The notes beneath the pieces were generated by a model, which saw nothing but the letters and a program-made list of their open reading frames with translations, was not told where the DNA came from and did no database searches. Below are positions 49,566 through 62,943 of a stretch of DNA of 64,000 nucleotides, in pieces. Origin of the DNA: Selaginella moellendorffii (Eukaryota; Plantae; Lycopodiophyta); NCBI RefSeq assembly GCF_000143415.4, contig NW_003314375.1:1-64000 (forward strand), read 5' to 3'. The stretch's first letter is position 1, and each line of letters starts with the position of its first letter. A program made the position numbers and the translations under genes.

Positions 49566-50768
49566 TCACGCCTTCATGACCGCGCAATTGTAGACGAAGT
49601 TGTCGCCGACGGGGCTCGCCTCCGCGACGCGCCGCCACAGCACGCCGCCGGATCGCGCCGGGCGGCACGCATCGATGAACGGCACATCCAGCTCGGAGCC
49701 GCCGATGAGCCACACCTCCTCCCCGACGCCCTTAAACCCTAGCCCCCATCCATGGGACTCGGCATTTGCCCGCCGCCCCGCCGCCGCATCCAGCACCGTC
49801 CACCTCCCGCCAAACTTCTCATACCTCTTCAACAGACCGTTGGGATGATCCCACGCGTACAGCACGTCGCCCACCACCGCCACTAGCGGCGGCGCCACCG
49901 AGCCTCTAAACCGCGACACGCTACTCTCCGGCCAAAGCCCCGGTATGACCGTCCACCGCCGAGTCCTGGGATCGAACCGCTCACCTGCCGTGACCGGCTG
50001 ATCTCGGCCGTCCGTCCCCCCAATCACGTAAAAGCAGCCGTCCATCACGAACCCCGAGCACTCCTTCCGCGCGGTATGCATGGGCGGTAGCGCGCGCCAG
50101 CGCCCGGCGCCGCTGCAGTACACCTCCGCGTCGCGCAGCGGCGTGCTGGTCCCAAACCCCGCGCCGCCGGCCACGTACGCCATGCCGCCGAAGCTGGCGG
50201 ACGCGAACTGGCACCGCGGCGTCGTCATGGGCGGCGCCGCAGACCACTCGTTGCGGTCCGCGCGGTACCGCCAGATGACCGGGTGCATCCGGAAGTTGTA
50301 GAACGAGGGCCCGACCACCAGGAGCTCCCGCCCGGCCACGAAGCACTCCTTATCGTTGTCCGTGAAGATCTGGTCCGCGGGAAAGGCCGGGAGGCGATGC
50401 CAGGCCATGAGAATTGGATCCAGCGCGAAGAAGGGGCCGCCCATGGCGAGTGTGATGTAGAGCCAGGGCTCCGAGATGCCGTCGTTGGATCGGATGGAGA
50501 AGATTTGGTCGGGGCGGAGGGCTTGATTCCACTGGCGCGACACGAGGCGGAGGCGGGGGTAGAGTCCGCGCGGTACGCGCGCGAGGCAGCTCTGCGCCAC
50601 GCCGCGCGGTAGCCCGGGGATCAGTGCCTGGTCTCGATCGGGCTCCTCGTCGGAGGACATTCTTTCTTGTTCTTCGTGCTCGTGAGCAAAAACCCTAAAC
50701 CCTATTTCCTCCCCCGATCTTCTTCTGGGCGCGGCAAATCCATCGCTATACCCAGCGCCCTGATCCAT
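49566..50768 (-). CDS. F-box/kelch-repeat protein (intronless)
   Basis: F-box LIPGLPRGVAQSCLARVPR...VSRQW; kelch repeats MTTPRCQFASA...AYVAGG, MHTARKECSGFVMDGCFYVIGG, GERFDPRTRRW; C-terminal FVYNCAVM. Confidence 0.95.
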   Translation of the reverse strand: MDQGAGYSDGFAAPRRRSGEEIGFRVFAHEHEEQERMSSDEEPDRDQALIPGLPRGVAQSCLARVPRGLYPRLRLVSRQWNQALRPDQIFSIRSNDGISEPWLYITLAMGGPFFALDPILMAWHRLPAFPADQIFTDNDKECFVAGRELLVVGPSFYNFRMHPVIWRYRADRNEWSAAPPMTTPRCQFASASFGGMAYVAGGAGFGTSTPLRDAEVYCSGAGRWRALPPMHTARKECSGFVMDGCFYVIGGTDGRDQPVTAGERFDPRTRRWTVIPGLWPESSVSRFRGSVAPPLVAVVGDVLYAWDHPNGLLKRYEKFGGRWTVLDAAAGRRANAESHGWGLGFKGVGEEVWLIGGSELDVPFIDACRPARSGGVLWRRVAEASPVGDNFVYNCAVMKA

Positions 50769-53700
50769 CTGGAAGCTCTCCTCCCGGGCGATCCATCAGT
50801 CCGCGCGAGAATCTCGAGAAAAGAATGAATCGATCGATCCGATAGCTAGCTACCTACATTCTTGGCGTAGATTGCTCGCTTCACTTCCCAGATCTGCGCG
50901 ATCGCTGCGAGAAAACAGGGGAGGGAGAAAAGAGTATGCCCAAAAGAAAAGTATAGCGGTCGACAGATCGTAGTACCCGGACTCCAGAGCTTCGGAAAAA
51001 GAAAAGAAGAGAGAAATTTAAAACACTGGCAAGATCCACTGCTGGGCTTGATTGATCAAGACGAGAGAACCAAACACTCGAGGATGCATAGAGGAGCCAG
51101 GAAGAACACCAAGACCAGAAGAAAAAAACTGGAGCGAGAGGAAAAAATCTCTTTCGCTCTTCCACTGTAGCTCCTACTGCTGCTGCCGTCAATCTACCAA
51201 TCTATCAAACTCTTAGCCCTGGTCCCCCTATCAAATCATTTTTTGGATGAGTCTCTGTGTTCTTCGTCTTCGTGCTAGCAGCAGCGAGCGCGATTTCTTC
51301 CGGAATCGCGGCGGCCAGATTGGATTGGCTTTGCTCCCGTGCCCCAGACAATCTGGGCAAGCAAGAACGCGGCCGGAATTGGAGCTGCCGCTGTGCCTCC
51401 TGGCTCCAAACAAAATCTGTGCAGCGCGGGGAGCGAGCACAGCCCAGCCACTTGCCCTGCGCGTCTTGTGTGTGCTTTACCGTGCCGTGCAAAGCAGAGG
51501 GCGCGAAAGGATAGAGGAGAGATTTGAGGAGGAAGAAGAGGCAGCCCTATAGCTAGCCAGTCTCGATTCACGAGCGAGCAGCGAAAGAAAGAGGAGAGAG
51601 AGAAAGAAAGAAAGAAAGCGCGAGAAATGCAATTGGGGGCAAGGAAATCCCTAAAATCTCTGGTACCGCGCTGCTCTGCTACTGCGCAGCTATCCAATCC
51701 ATCCCTGCGCTGCTACTACCGCGGTACTGGCAGCACTGCACTGCGCCTGCTGTACAATCGCCCTGGCTGCCGCCGCCGCCGCCAATCTGCGAGAAAAGGA
51801 GCACAAGCTTAAATAAATGCCCAGACTCCCTGATTGCCCTAAAAACAGGGGACCAATTTTGCCCTAAAAGCAGGGGAGTTCCAATGTTCTCTTTTCCTCT
51901 TCTTTGGCAATCCAGATAGAAATGGTTTTCTGCAATCTTTGGCAATTCTCGTTTCTTAAATCCAAATGGTTCTCTTTCCCTTTGGAAATCCAAATGGCTT
52001 TTCTTCTTCTTTGGAAATCCATCAAATCTTTTGCGCAAATGCTTTGATCGATTTTCTTTTCGCTCCATCTAGTCCTGGACTCCACATTGAATGCGCGGTG
52101 TTAAAACCTTTTAACAGCAATGGCTAGAGCGGCATGAAAATCAAAATACCCGTCGCTAGTCTCTCTCGGTTCATGTGTACTGCGATGTCCCTCGCGCTGC
52201 GAAAATTTCTACCATTATAATCACCATTTGGACCGATGATAGTTGCGGTCACACTCACCTCTCGAGTCGAGCAGCGCAGCGCGGTGGTGGTGGTGGTGGT
52301 GGCAAAAAAACTCTCAGCTCCATCTCCACAGCTCCAGTGCTCCAGGCACAGTCTTTTCACCTCCCTGATTGGTTTTTACTCCTTGTTTAATCCTCGAGTG
52401 GAGAAAGAGAAGATCGATCCCTGTGGAGAAGTCAAAGCGGAGCTCGTCAAACTGGGCGAGACTACGAATGCGAATTTAAGCTGGGAGTGTGTCGCAGTTA
52501 TGAGCACATACCTGTGGAGCGCAAGAATGTCCTCTCAAGGCTCCCCCTCTGAGATGCTGTCGCCGGCTAAGCCAGCAAGCCCCGGATAGCGACCCTCGTC
52601 GTCGGCGACGGCTCCAAAATTCCACATTGCGAGTTCCAAGTTTTTCCAAGTTCCAGCCATCCGGTCCGGTCGAGAAGAAAGCAAAGCGTCTCTCTCTCTC
52701 TCTCTCTCCTCCAGCTACCTGTGTATACGCCCAAGTTAATACGTCACTCAATCGAGCGAGAAAACGAGAGAGAGAGAGAGGAGAGAGAGAGAGAGTGAAA
52801 AACGAGAAAAATTCTCACGCACCGCAGCTTTGATGCCAGAAAAATCTCTCTTTTGATCTTTTCATCCTTGATACCCTTTCGTCTTCCCTGCCATTTTCAA
52901 CCACATGTCGAAAGATTTCGAAAGCAAAAATCGGAGATTCTTACGGAGAGTCGTGAGTGTTGAGGCGTACCAGCACCACCACTACTGAGCAGCAGCACAC
53001 AGCGAGGCGTGTTTCCCAGCTATTATGTTGTTTGTCCGAATGACTCCAACTTTTTTGGAATCAGGAACGCACGCAGATGACAAGGCTGGGTGTCGAATCT
53101 CAGTCGTGTTGTTGTGTGTGTCGAGCTGGTCTGGTCCGTCCATGATAATGGAGGAGACTTGGAGGAAAAAGATGAGAGCTTCCCGGTTTGACTTGCCTGG
53201 CCAAAGAAGAAAGTTAGATAGATGGAGAGATAGAAAGCGTGCAGGCAGAGCTATGAGCTACTGCGACAGTAATCAAGACACATATACATACGTGTAGCGT
53301 GTTCCAGATAACAAGACTTCCTTTCTCGTCAAGGAGCTCTGCCCAAGGCCCGAGTTAAAGAGCGCCCTCTATCAAATCAGCAGCTGTGAGTGTGTGGAGC
53401 ATCTCCAGGAAAAATCAAAAGGGAATTTTTCTTACTTGGTGATGAGGTAAAAGCGAAGCTATGAGGAGTTTACCTGGGGAAAGGACGGAATTTTTTGTCA
53501 TCCGGACAAAGCATTTGTACTTTTGACTTGGATAGATTTCCTGGACTGCCAAAACATTTGTCCAAATTCTAGAAATAAAGGATGGAATGTTTTGCTACTT
53601 ACACGAAAACGTGATGCGGTCCGAGAAAGCCGTGACGACGAAACGCACGAAAGCTGACATTCGTGGCATGACTTAAGCTTATCCAGCCTCGGAAACACAA

Positions 53701-54539
53701 GAAACGTTTTTGTTGCTCTTGGAGATAGAATTTCCATGGCTGGATTTCAACTAGAAAGAAAAACAAGTCAGAATCAAGAGAACCTCACGGAAACGAACAA
53801 AGGTGTCCTTACTCCAAGAGAGATATGAAAAGATGTGCTGGAGATGGAACCACTACAGCGTCATGTGTGCACAAGTCCAAAGGAGAGCCATCGTGATCGA
53901 CTGGAATTCTTGATCAGACCATATCTTTTGGTTATAAGATCCACTGCAGAAGAAAACAAGTTCGTCAAACTTTCAAGAGAAGAAAAAAGTACTGCATAAA
54001 AGGCATCGCGACTCGTCTGGAAAAAAGCATCCCAAGTCTCATAAAGATTTTCCAATCCTCAAGAAAACAGTAGATTCTTACCATAAGCTCGTCATACTTT
54101 GGAAGTTTTGATACGGTGATGTCTGGAACACAAAACGAAATAAAAAGGAGTCACGCAAACAGAGAACTGTGATTCTAAGTTCGCTAGAAAGAAATTTATA
54201 GAGACTCGCCACTATAGGTAGCACGCTCAACGCTCTTAATCTACAAAATGTTCAAAGGAAAGTAGAAGTTAGCATCAGCCGAGAATTCCTTCTTCGATCT
54301 AGAGGAAAAGTTCTAAGGATCTCGAAAGAAATTTAAAGGAACTCACCTATAACAAAGGAAAGAAATTTGTATAATTCAAACGCTAAGCTCACACCAGCTA
54401 GAGAGAAAATTCCTTCTTCTATTTAGATTCTAGCTTGATTTCTAGAGGAAGATCTCCAGAACCTTCCATCAGCAAGGATCTACCCGCATTTCCTCCCTTA
54501 CCTATTTTTGCGGGCTAAAAAACCCTAAACCCTAAAAAG

Positions 54540-55608
54540 ATGGATGCCTTGCGAGCTCCTCCTATTGTTGGATGCCCATGCCCGACGCCAACGATCGATA
54601 ACTCGCCGCCATCTCTTGCATCGCTCAGCCGGATTGGATGCAAATTTCCGCGTCTAGGTACTGCGCTGTGGAAATCCTGGCTGATTCTGGCTTGTAGAGA
54701 GCAGCAGTGTGAGATCTAGATGGAGCAGCGCCCGGATACATGCCGTTGCCAAGGTGAAGGAGATCGAGGGCTCCATTCTCGCCGCTGATGGCCTTCGATT
54801 CGCTGTGGTGAGTAGAAATTTTTCTCTTTGGTTTGTTCCTTTCGTGATTGATCGTGTGTCATTCCAGGTTGCTGCTCGATTCAATGATATAATCACAAAG
54901 CCTTTGGTCGCTGGAGCGCTAGAAGCTTTCCATAGGTACTCCGTCAAGGAAGAACACATCGAGGTAAAGGGCTCGTGGTCGTTTTTTTTTTTTAGTTTTT
55001 CTTTTCTTTGTTCTTCAGGTGTTCTGGGTTCCTGGAAGTTTTGAAGTTCCTATCGTCGCACAGACTCTAGGAAAATCGGGGAAATTCGATGCAGTAGTCT
55101 GCATTGGTGCTATTGTAAGTGCGATTTCTCCTCGTCGTCTCCTCTTGATTTTTCTTCTTCGTTTTTTCGAAGGTGAGAGGTGCTACAAGCCACTACGACG
55201 CTGTGGCGAATTCTGCTGCGTCGGGAGTTATGTCGGCATCGCTGAATTCCGGTACTTGGTTGCTCAATCCTTGGTTTTTCTCTCATAGTTTTTTGTTGTT
55301 GTTTTTTTTTGTTTTTTTTCCTCAGGAGTTCCATGCGTTTTTGGTATTCTAACTTGCGACTCCATGGATCAGGTTTGTCTAGAATTCTTTATCTCGATTC
55401 ACCAGGAACAATCTCACTATCTCTCCAGGCGTTTGATCGCGCCGGTGGCAAAGTTGGGAACAAAGGAGGCGAAGCTGCCATCACGGCGGTGAGTAATTCA
55501 TTCATTCATCGCTAAGCTAGATCTTTCTTGACAATCTTTTCCGTGTAGATCGAAATGGCATCGCTGCTCAAGCATCACGTCCACAAAAAACTTGTAAGAA
55601 GTGCTTGA
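54540..55608 (+). CDS. ribH: 6,7-dimethyl-8-ribityllumazine synthase, plastid-targeted (multi-exon)
   Basis: [93 protein letters not shown]. Confidence 0.95.
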
Positions 55609-55756
55609 AGATATCAAGTCTAGCTTCCATTTTTCTTTACCACGGATAAAATCATGGATCTTTTTCCGAAGTCTTCGCTAAAACTTGATCAAAGGCGCCA
55701 TCGTGATTGAAAGTATCGATTGGTTTTATGATAACAATGAAGCGCTAAAAGGTCTC

Positions 55757-55784
55757 CCACGTGGCAGAAGTGGCTGTGCCACGT
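55757..55784. promoter_or_regulatory. Pair of ABRE/G-box elements upstream of the GST-hemerythrin gene
   Basis: CCACGTGGC at 55757-55765 and GCCACGT (ACGTGGC on the minus strand) at 55778-55784. Confidence 0.45.
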
Positions 55785-56151
55785 TGTGGTGATCCTAACC
55801 GTCGAATTTGCTAGGGTCGCAACTGACGGTGGATGTTTGTTCGCTCGCCCGCCCTTCTTTCTTCAATGCGCAGCAAGAATCACTTTTGCGGTGGTGGTAG
55901 CGGTGGCGATCATGGATGATGAATCATTGCGGGGATTTCACGCTTCTAGGGTAGGAGGAGGAGGAAGAAGAAGAAAGAGGAGGAGGCGCGGTGCCTTGAA
56001 GAGGATTCTCTTGCGGCAGCGAGCAAATCGGCCCAAGACTCGAGGCGATGACTACGGGTGAGGGATCTTGATGCGAAATATCATGCCCTGGGGAAGGATC
56101 GCATTGATCGCCAAGCTCTCGCGCTCACCCTCCTCGTCGGCGCCGATCGAG

Positions 56152-57931
56152 ATGGGTGCGTGCTTCTCAAGAACAGAATGCCCTTGCGAGGCGAGGAGGA
56201 ATTCATCGGTGGCGCCAGCGGCGGAGATCTCCGGCAGCACGCATTTCGTGCGCCTGTCCGGGCTCGCGATCTCGCCTTTCACTGCGAGGGTCCGGATCGC
56301 ATTGCAGTTTAAGGGAATCCAGCCGGATCTAGTGGAGCCGCAGCACCAAGATCCATCGGCGTGGCTGGATTTCGAGAGGTTTCCAGTGTTGGAGCATGGA
56401 TCGGACACGATCTCGGGCTCATCGGACGCGATCCTTGACTACATTGACGGGAAGTTCAAGCAGCCGCCTCTAATCCCATCGTGGAAGCTCAAGAAAAAGA
56501 TCCGGCAGTGGGTAGCGTTCGTGAGGGACGTTTTCACTCCTCTGGTCCTGGAGGCCTGGAAGAACAAGGATCTGCGGCTGGACAACGATTTCCACGCGAA
56601 GTTCTCCGCGGCATTTGGGAAGCTCAACGCTGGGATCGCCGAGAATTCCAGTGGGGGGAAGTTCTTCATGGGTGCAGCCATGACAATGGTGGACGTGTAC
56701 CTGGTTCCATTCCTGGAGCTTGTGGAGCCTCTCAAGTTCTTGCATGGGATCAACGTTGGCGACGAGAACACGAAGCTAGCGGATTATATCCGCGAGATGG
56801 GAAGATTTCCGAGCTATTCTCCAGTCTCGGCAGACAAGGCAACGCTCCATGGCTTCGCTTGCAAAGAGCTCGAGGATCGCTCGCAGGACGCTCCAGCAGT
56901 CGCTTACACCGTGCTCCAACACTTGAGTATAGTCCGCCACCTTGAGAGGCTTGTGGACGTTTCGGACGGGGTCAGAGATTTCTACCACGGCCAGGGGAAA
57001 TCTAAGCAGAAGAAGAAGTCTAAGCCTCAGGTGGCGCAAAGGGGCTCAACGATGATTCAAGTTGGCATTGCCACCAAGCTCAAAAATGCTGCCAGGGACT
57101 ACGATCGATTGCTGGTCTTGATGCAAGAGCACGCTCAGATGGAGGAGAAGGTCATATTCCCCGCGCTTGAGAAAGCCGAACGAGGTGCGTATCGTGTGTT
57201 TCAGCTGAATGTGAGCGCTAGGAAGTTTTACTTGAGAGATCTTCCCACTTGCATTTGCAGATGGAAAGACTTTTGAGAGTTTGGCACAGTTTTGTCCGGT
57301 ACTAGAACTTTTCTCGAGGTTCTGCTGTTAGCTTTTCATCGATGTTCTTACAAGTTTGTTGGTTCGACTTTGAGCAGGGGTGACGAAATTTGCAAATGAG
57401 GATCACGCGAGAGATTTTCCGATGATGAACGGCGTCCGAGAAGACATCAAGACTGTGATGGTTTTAGAGCAAGGCAGTTTCTCGCACATTGAAGCTTTAA
57501 GTGCTCTCGTAGACAAGCTGCGGACTCTCAAGGTAATTGTTTTGTTCGCAGTTTTTTCTTCGTTTTAGAGCTAATTCAGTTTTCTCCAGGGTTCGACAGT
57601 GAAGCATTTCCTTGACGAGGAGAGAGAGCTGTTGCCGTCGCTGGAGGTTGCCGGTGTGGATGCTAGGAAGCAGGAACTTTTAATGGCTGACGGGCTAAGC
57701 TTGATGGGAGCCTCTCATTCACATCTCCTCCCCTACTTGCTCTCCGCGCTGCTGCCCCACGAGATTCATCAGTACATGGTATTGCTGCAGAGATCGTTCA
57801 GAGAGCAGCAGGGCAAAGTGGAAAGGGTCGTGACCATTCTTCGCTCTGACGACGAGTTTCAAGGCGTATGGCAAACCGTGCAAGACAGAGTTCCACTTGT
57901 GGCCGCTGATTCTGTTGTCGCGAGTCCTTGA
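56152..57931 (+). CDS. Hemerythrin-class glutathione transferase (GST N/C + HHE hemerythrin domains), 3 exons
   Basis: MGACFS start; ISPFTARVRIALQFKGI, FPVLEHG...GSSDAILDYID, FFMGAAMTMVDVYLVPF; HHE motifs LQHLSI, EHAQMEEKVIFPALE, NEDHARD, KHFLDEERELLP. Confidence 0.88.
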
Positions 57932-60656
57932 ACCCTCTTCAGAACAGGTTCGGCTTTCTCCCATTTTGTTTTCTTCCCTTCGCAGCTTTTCTGCCTGTCG
58001 TGGTGTGTGTCGTCGTGAAGTTTTTTGTGTAGAGTTATCGCCCATGCAGGTGTTTGTTTCGTTTTCTCAGAGTCTTTTCAGTCTACGGCTTCGTTCTCTC
58101 AGAGTTTCACCGCAGAGGGACTGGTCAGTCGTCTTGCTTGAGGTTTGGAGTTCTTCCCCCGGGAACTTTGGCAGGCTTTCTTTCCTTGCCTGGGTTATTT
58201 TGTGGCGTCGTTCATCAAGACCACCACCACCGCTTGCTTGCATCGTCGACTCGTCGTGCGGTGTGTGATGGTGGTCGTTATTGATCGACCACCTACAGGC
58301 TACAGAAATGAATTCAGGATTTCTGGGGTTTTCATGGGAAGCATCCAAGCTTGCTAGCTATTTGCTGGGAAGCGTCTTAATTTGTGTGTCGGGACCACCC
58401 ACAGATCTGGCTGGCTGGGCTGTGGGATGAGTTGGTTTTTCAGCTTCTTTGTGCTGCGAAGAACAGAGGATCCGACAAACGAGAGGCCGTAGCAATCGCC
58501 CAAGCCAGAAATAAGGTGAGAATTTATTGACTGATTGCTCTAAGCACTGCATCACTTTTGGCAAAATCTCTCCAGGTGGCGGAATGTCGCGAGTGTGATC
58601 CTTTTGGAGCTTCTGTTGTGAGTTTTTGGAGGTGAGTGAAATGTGTATGTACATTCTCTAATGTCCCATAGGGATTTTACAAAATCCACAATTTGAGGCA
58701 CGAAAAATTCAGTGTTACTCGTGGTCAAGTGACTTCTATTGAAACTAGAGCCACCCATTGGTGAGTTCCATGAACTTTGGAGAAGTTTGCCCTTGCCCTC
58801 GCTTTCATCTTTTGAAATGGTTCTTCTCTATATGTGATTTAGGTGGTGGTGACTGCTGCAAGAGAAGAGATGGGTCATGGGTGTCAAGAAAAAAGGGAAA
58901 GGCGGTCAGAGAAAGAGAAAGAGAAGCAGGTAGAGCAGCCTTTGGGGCGCTGTTTTCTTGCTCCAGAGCCAAATGGAGCCCTAAATGTTTTTAGAAATGA
59001 CGAATATTCTTACAAATTATGCTCTGTGAAGCCCTAAAAACAGGGGATGCGTGTAGCTCGCGGCATTTGTTCGTTTTCGTGGTGCAAATGTGAAAATTGA
59101 TGCCCGGGGATTGCCTGTTTGGATCATCCGCGGCGTTATTTACACGGAAGATTGATGAATCGGCGATGATGGAGAGAAAAAAATCCACTATCCAGCTACG
59201 AACCAATTAATTTCGCCCATGCGCTATTTTGCCCTCTCTCTGTCTCCCTCTGCCCTAAAGGTGGATTCCCTACCAAGTTTCGCGCATTCATTCGGCTGGC
59301 TGCCACGTGGACGCCTGGGATGAATAGGTCCCATGGCCATAGCATGGTCATGCTGATGGCGGTTGGCTTCCACGATCGAATGAGCCCATGACGTGGACTG
59401 GTCCGGCTGCACCCCGTTCGTTTTTACCAGTCTGGTAGGAGTCGTTTTCACACCGGCGGCGTTTAAATTATGGAGCGCGGGTGTTTTAACAGCTTCCATT
59501 AATGGCTGTTAAAACAGGGTATTAACCATTTTAGCGGACGTGGCTGCCATCATGCCCATGTCATGTATGTGTATGGGCATGTGTATGTATGTCTTTTTTT
59601 TTTTCATCGTAGCTAGGAGGTTTGGCTATGGCGGAAGGCGCAAGATTGAAAGAAAAGAGAGATAGATGCCGCCGACGATCCAACAATGAGTTTCTGCTAG
59701 ATGATGGCGTGGTGTAGAAGCTCCTCCTTCTCGATTGACTGATGGATTGATCTCACCGCCTTGCTGCGCTCTCTCTTTCTCCCTCTCGCTCTCACAGAAA
59801 TCTTTCGCTTTCTTTGATGTTTTGTGGCTGATTCATGGCCGCTGCCGCAAGAAATCCTCGATTGAGTGGACCCAGGCCGCTAGAGATCGAATCAATTGCG
59901 CCCGGCACCAGGCTTGCTTCCAGATTCATCCACCAGTCGATCGATTGATCGCTCGTTCTTCAAATACTCGCCTCCTTCCCCGCTACCAGGGAGTAGACGA
60001 GCATCGCAAGAAAGAACAGGGGACCCTCCCATCGCTGTTCTTGCCGATATTCTTTCTTTCTTGTTCTTGTTCTTGGAGTTCTTGGTGCTCAATCCGGGCG
60101 CGTTCTAGAGGGTTTTTTCTTTTTCCTTGCGACAAAGACAAGGAAGAATCGGTGACATTCCAACAACCAAGCTGGAAATCCCGGCGGTCGACGGCGTCGG
60201 CTCCAGGTATGTAATTGCTCCTTCCAATTCGCTCCTTTACCTGCATTCTCGCCAATCTTCCAAGATCGCTGTTCTTGAGCGTTTCCTCGGCAATCTCTTA
60301 AGAGATCGCGAAAATCTTCTCTCTTTTCTCCCAATTCTCGCGTGATTCTACCGCGTTCTTCGCTGGCTGGCTGACACACGAAGCAATGAGGATCTTGGTC
60401 TGGTTTCGTGGCTCTTCTTCCAAATTAAAGCTGTCAGTAGCGATCTCCTTGCGCTGGAATTGGATTTTTTCGCGAGCAATTCATAGCTTGGATTTCTTGT
60501 CCCATCCATTGCTGTGCTTGGTTTCTTCCCTCTCTTTCTTTCTCTCTTTTTGTTTATATCATTCCTTTGTTCTTGAGAACTACTATCTAGATTCTAGAAT
60601 GGAAGAAAAGTCTCTAACTCGATCGATCCATCGCTTCCAGGCCGTGGGCGGGCTAC

Positions 60657-62943
60657 ATGAAGCAGCTGAGATTGAAAGCCCAGAGCCGGCTCTTCGGCAA
60701 GATCGATCCCGCCAGCTCCGCGGATTTCTCCTACGTCGATCCTCCTCCACCACCTCCAAACTTCGCGGCCGCCAGCTCCTCCGCGAACTACAATTCCTCG
60801 ACGCTCTCGGCGGTGCTGGAGAGCGATCGCCATGAGAGAAAGGAGGAGGAAGAACAGGGAGAAGGAGAGATCCATCGCCAGAATCAAAGCCACCAGCGGC
60901 ACGAGAGTATGTGCAACTTGCTCGACTACGAAGAACACATCATGCGGCGGAGAGATCAAATGGATCTCCGGCAAGAGATCGAGCTCAAAGATGGCGACCA
61001 AGATCAGCTTCCGGTCATCGCTCTCATGCTCACCACGCTCCGCCGCTCGCTTCTCACTTGCGCCACTATTGACGATCACGAAGGTGGCGGCTCCGGCAAT
61101 GGAATGGACATAAGCTGGCCGACCAACGTGAGGCATGTCACGCACGTCACCTTTGATCGATTCAATGGTTTTCTCGGACTTCCCGTGGAGTTCGAGGTGG
61201 AAATCCCGAGACGAGCTCCCAGCGCCAGGTACGTACCTTTGATCTTCTTTCCTTTGGTCTTTTCTCTAGTTTTTTTTTTTCTTGCTTGGTTTGTACTCCC
61301 GTTTGTTTGGTTGTTTGGTTTTTGACTATACAGTACTCCTTGTTCTTGGTGTTGGTGTTCTTCGTGGTTTTCGAAGTTTGCCATTTGTTTATGCTTTTCT
61401 AGTTTTGGTGGTGGTTCTCTATAGATGTGGAAATGTACTAAGTTCGCGTTTGTTGTTTTACCTGGCAGTGCGAATGTTTTCGGTGTTTCTCCCGAGTCCA
61501 TGCAGTGCTCGTACGATTCCAGGGGCAATAGTGTACCGACCATTCTGCTCCGGATGCAAGATCGGCTTTACAGTCTCGGTGGACTCAAGGTGAGACCTGA
61601 GCTTTTATGGATTCCTTCCATCGCTTTCAGGTGTTGGAAGTACTCGAGAATTAGTCCGAGTAGCAGCAATATTTTATTGCCTTTTCTTTTCTCCTCTTCT
61701 TTGTTGCTTACTTTTGCTCTTCGTTTCTGTTATTCCAGGCCGAAGGCATCTTCCGCATAAATGCTGAGAACAGCCATGAAGAGCATGTGCGTGAGCAACT
61801 CAACAAGGGCATCGTACCATTTCATATTGATCTCCACTGCCTAGCTGGTCTCATCAAGGTACATATCAAAGTTCTCCTTCCTTTTCTCTCTAGCTTGTCT
61901 GATCGACGGATCCACTGGTGCTAAACAGGCTTGGTTCCGAGAGCTTCCGACTGGCGTTCTCGACACACTCTCGCCGGAGCAAGTGATGCAGTGCCACACC
62001 GAGGAGCAGTGCGTTGCGGTGGTCAAGCTGCTCCCACCCATGCAAGCAGCACTTCTCGACTGGGCCATCAATCTCATGGCCGACGTCGCGCAGGAGGAGG
62101 CTTTCAACAAGATGAACGCTCGCAACGTTGGAATGGTCTTCGCACCAAACATGACACAGGCAAGCTTTTCTACTTTTTAATTTCTCGCGAGTCGTCTTCG
62201 TCTTTTTATCTTTTTCTGGCCGAGCACACAGTCAAGTCTTCCCTGGAAATGCTTTGTTTTTTATCCCTTGTTCCGGACAGCATTTGGATTTGTTTGGTCG
62301 TCGCGAGTCTTTGTTTTCTCGTCTCGGTTTTTTTTTTTCTTTCTTGTCGCTCCTTTTTTTCGTTCTTTGAGCTCCCGCAGAGCTCTCCAGAGCTTCGCTT
62401 TAGTCCGTTCAGGCATTTCAAACGACTGATTGATATGCGGGACTTTGAAAATTCCCGTTTGTCCCTGGCGTGGCTTCGATTCGTGAGCTTTTGGGTGTCT
62501 TCCCAAGTAGATTTGCAAGTGCTAGAATTTCTGTTCCTTCGCTTCTCACTGTCTCATCTCTTTAATTTTTATTCTGCTCCGTTCAGATGGCAGATCCGTT
62601 GACAGCGCTCATGCACGCCGTCCAAGTGATGAATCTCCTCAAAACGTTGATCCTCCGGACGATTCGAGACAGGCAGGAGGTTCTGCTGGAATCGGGGCCT
62701 CCTCTCTCGCTCCAGCCGCCCCCTCGCCGAGACGCCACCAGCGAGTCGAGGGTGGTGGCGAGCTTGAATCCCGCGAACTCCAACTTAAACTCGAGCTCAA
62801 ACGCCAGGGGCCGCGAAGATCACTACGATGACTACTCCCACTGCGCGAGGTCCCACTCCAAGCAGTCCAGCATCTCCAAAGCTCGCGGAGGTAGCCTCGT
62901 CAATAGAATCGATCAACACGTCGAGAGAGTCGAGGCCTGGTAA
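60657..62943 (+). CDS. ROPGAP: Rho/ROP GTPase-activating protein (CRIB + RhoGAP)
   Basis: MDISWPTNVRHVTHVTFDRFNGFLGLPVEFE, VFGVSPESMQCSYD, AEGIFRINAENS, WFRELPTGVLD, NKMNARNVGMVFAPNMTQ/MADPLTALMHAVQVMN; ends ERVEAW*. Confidence 0.95.

Noticed and set aside
48200-54400. Many short ORFs, (CT)n/(GA)n tracts and a ~30-bp triple repeat at ~51880-52020; searched by eye for conserved miRNAs
   Set aside because: Look like UTR, intron or promoter DNA; no conserved miRNA or domain recognised
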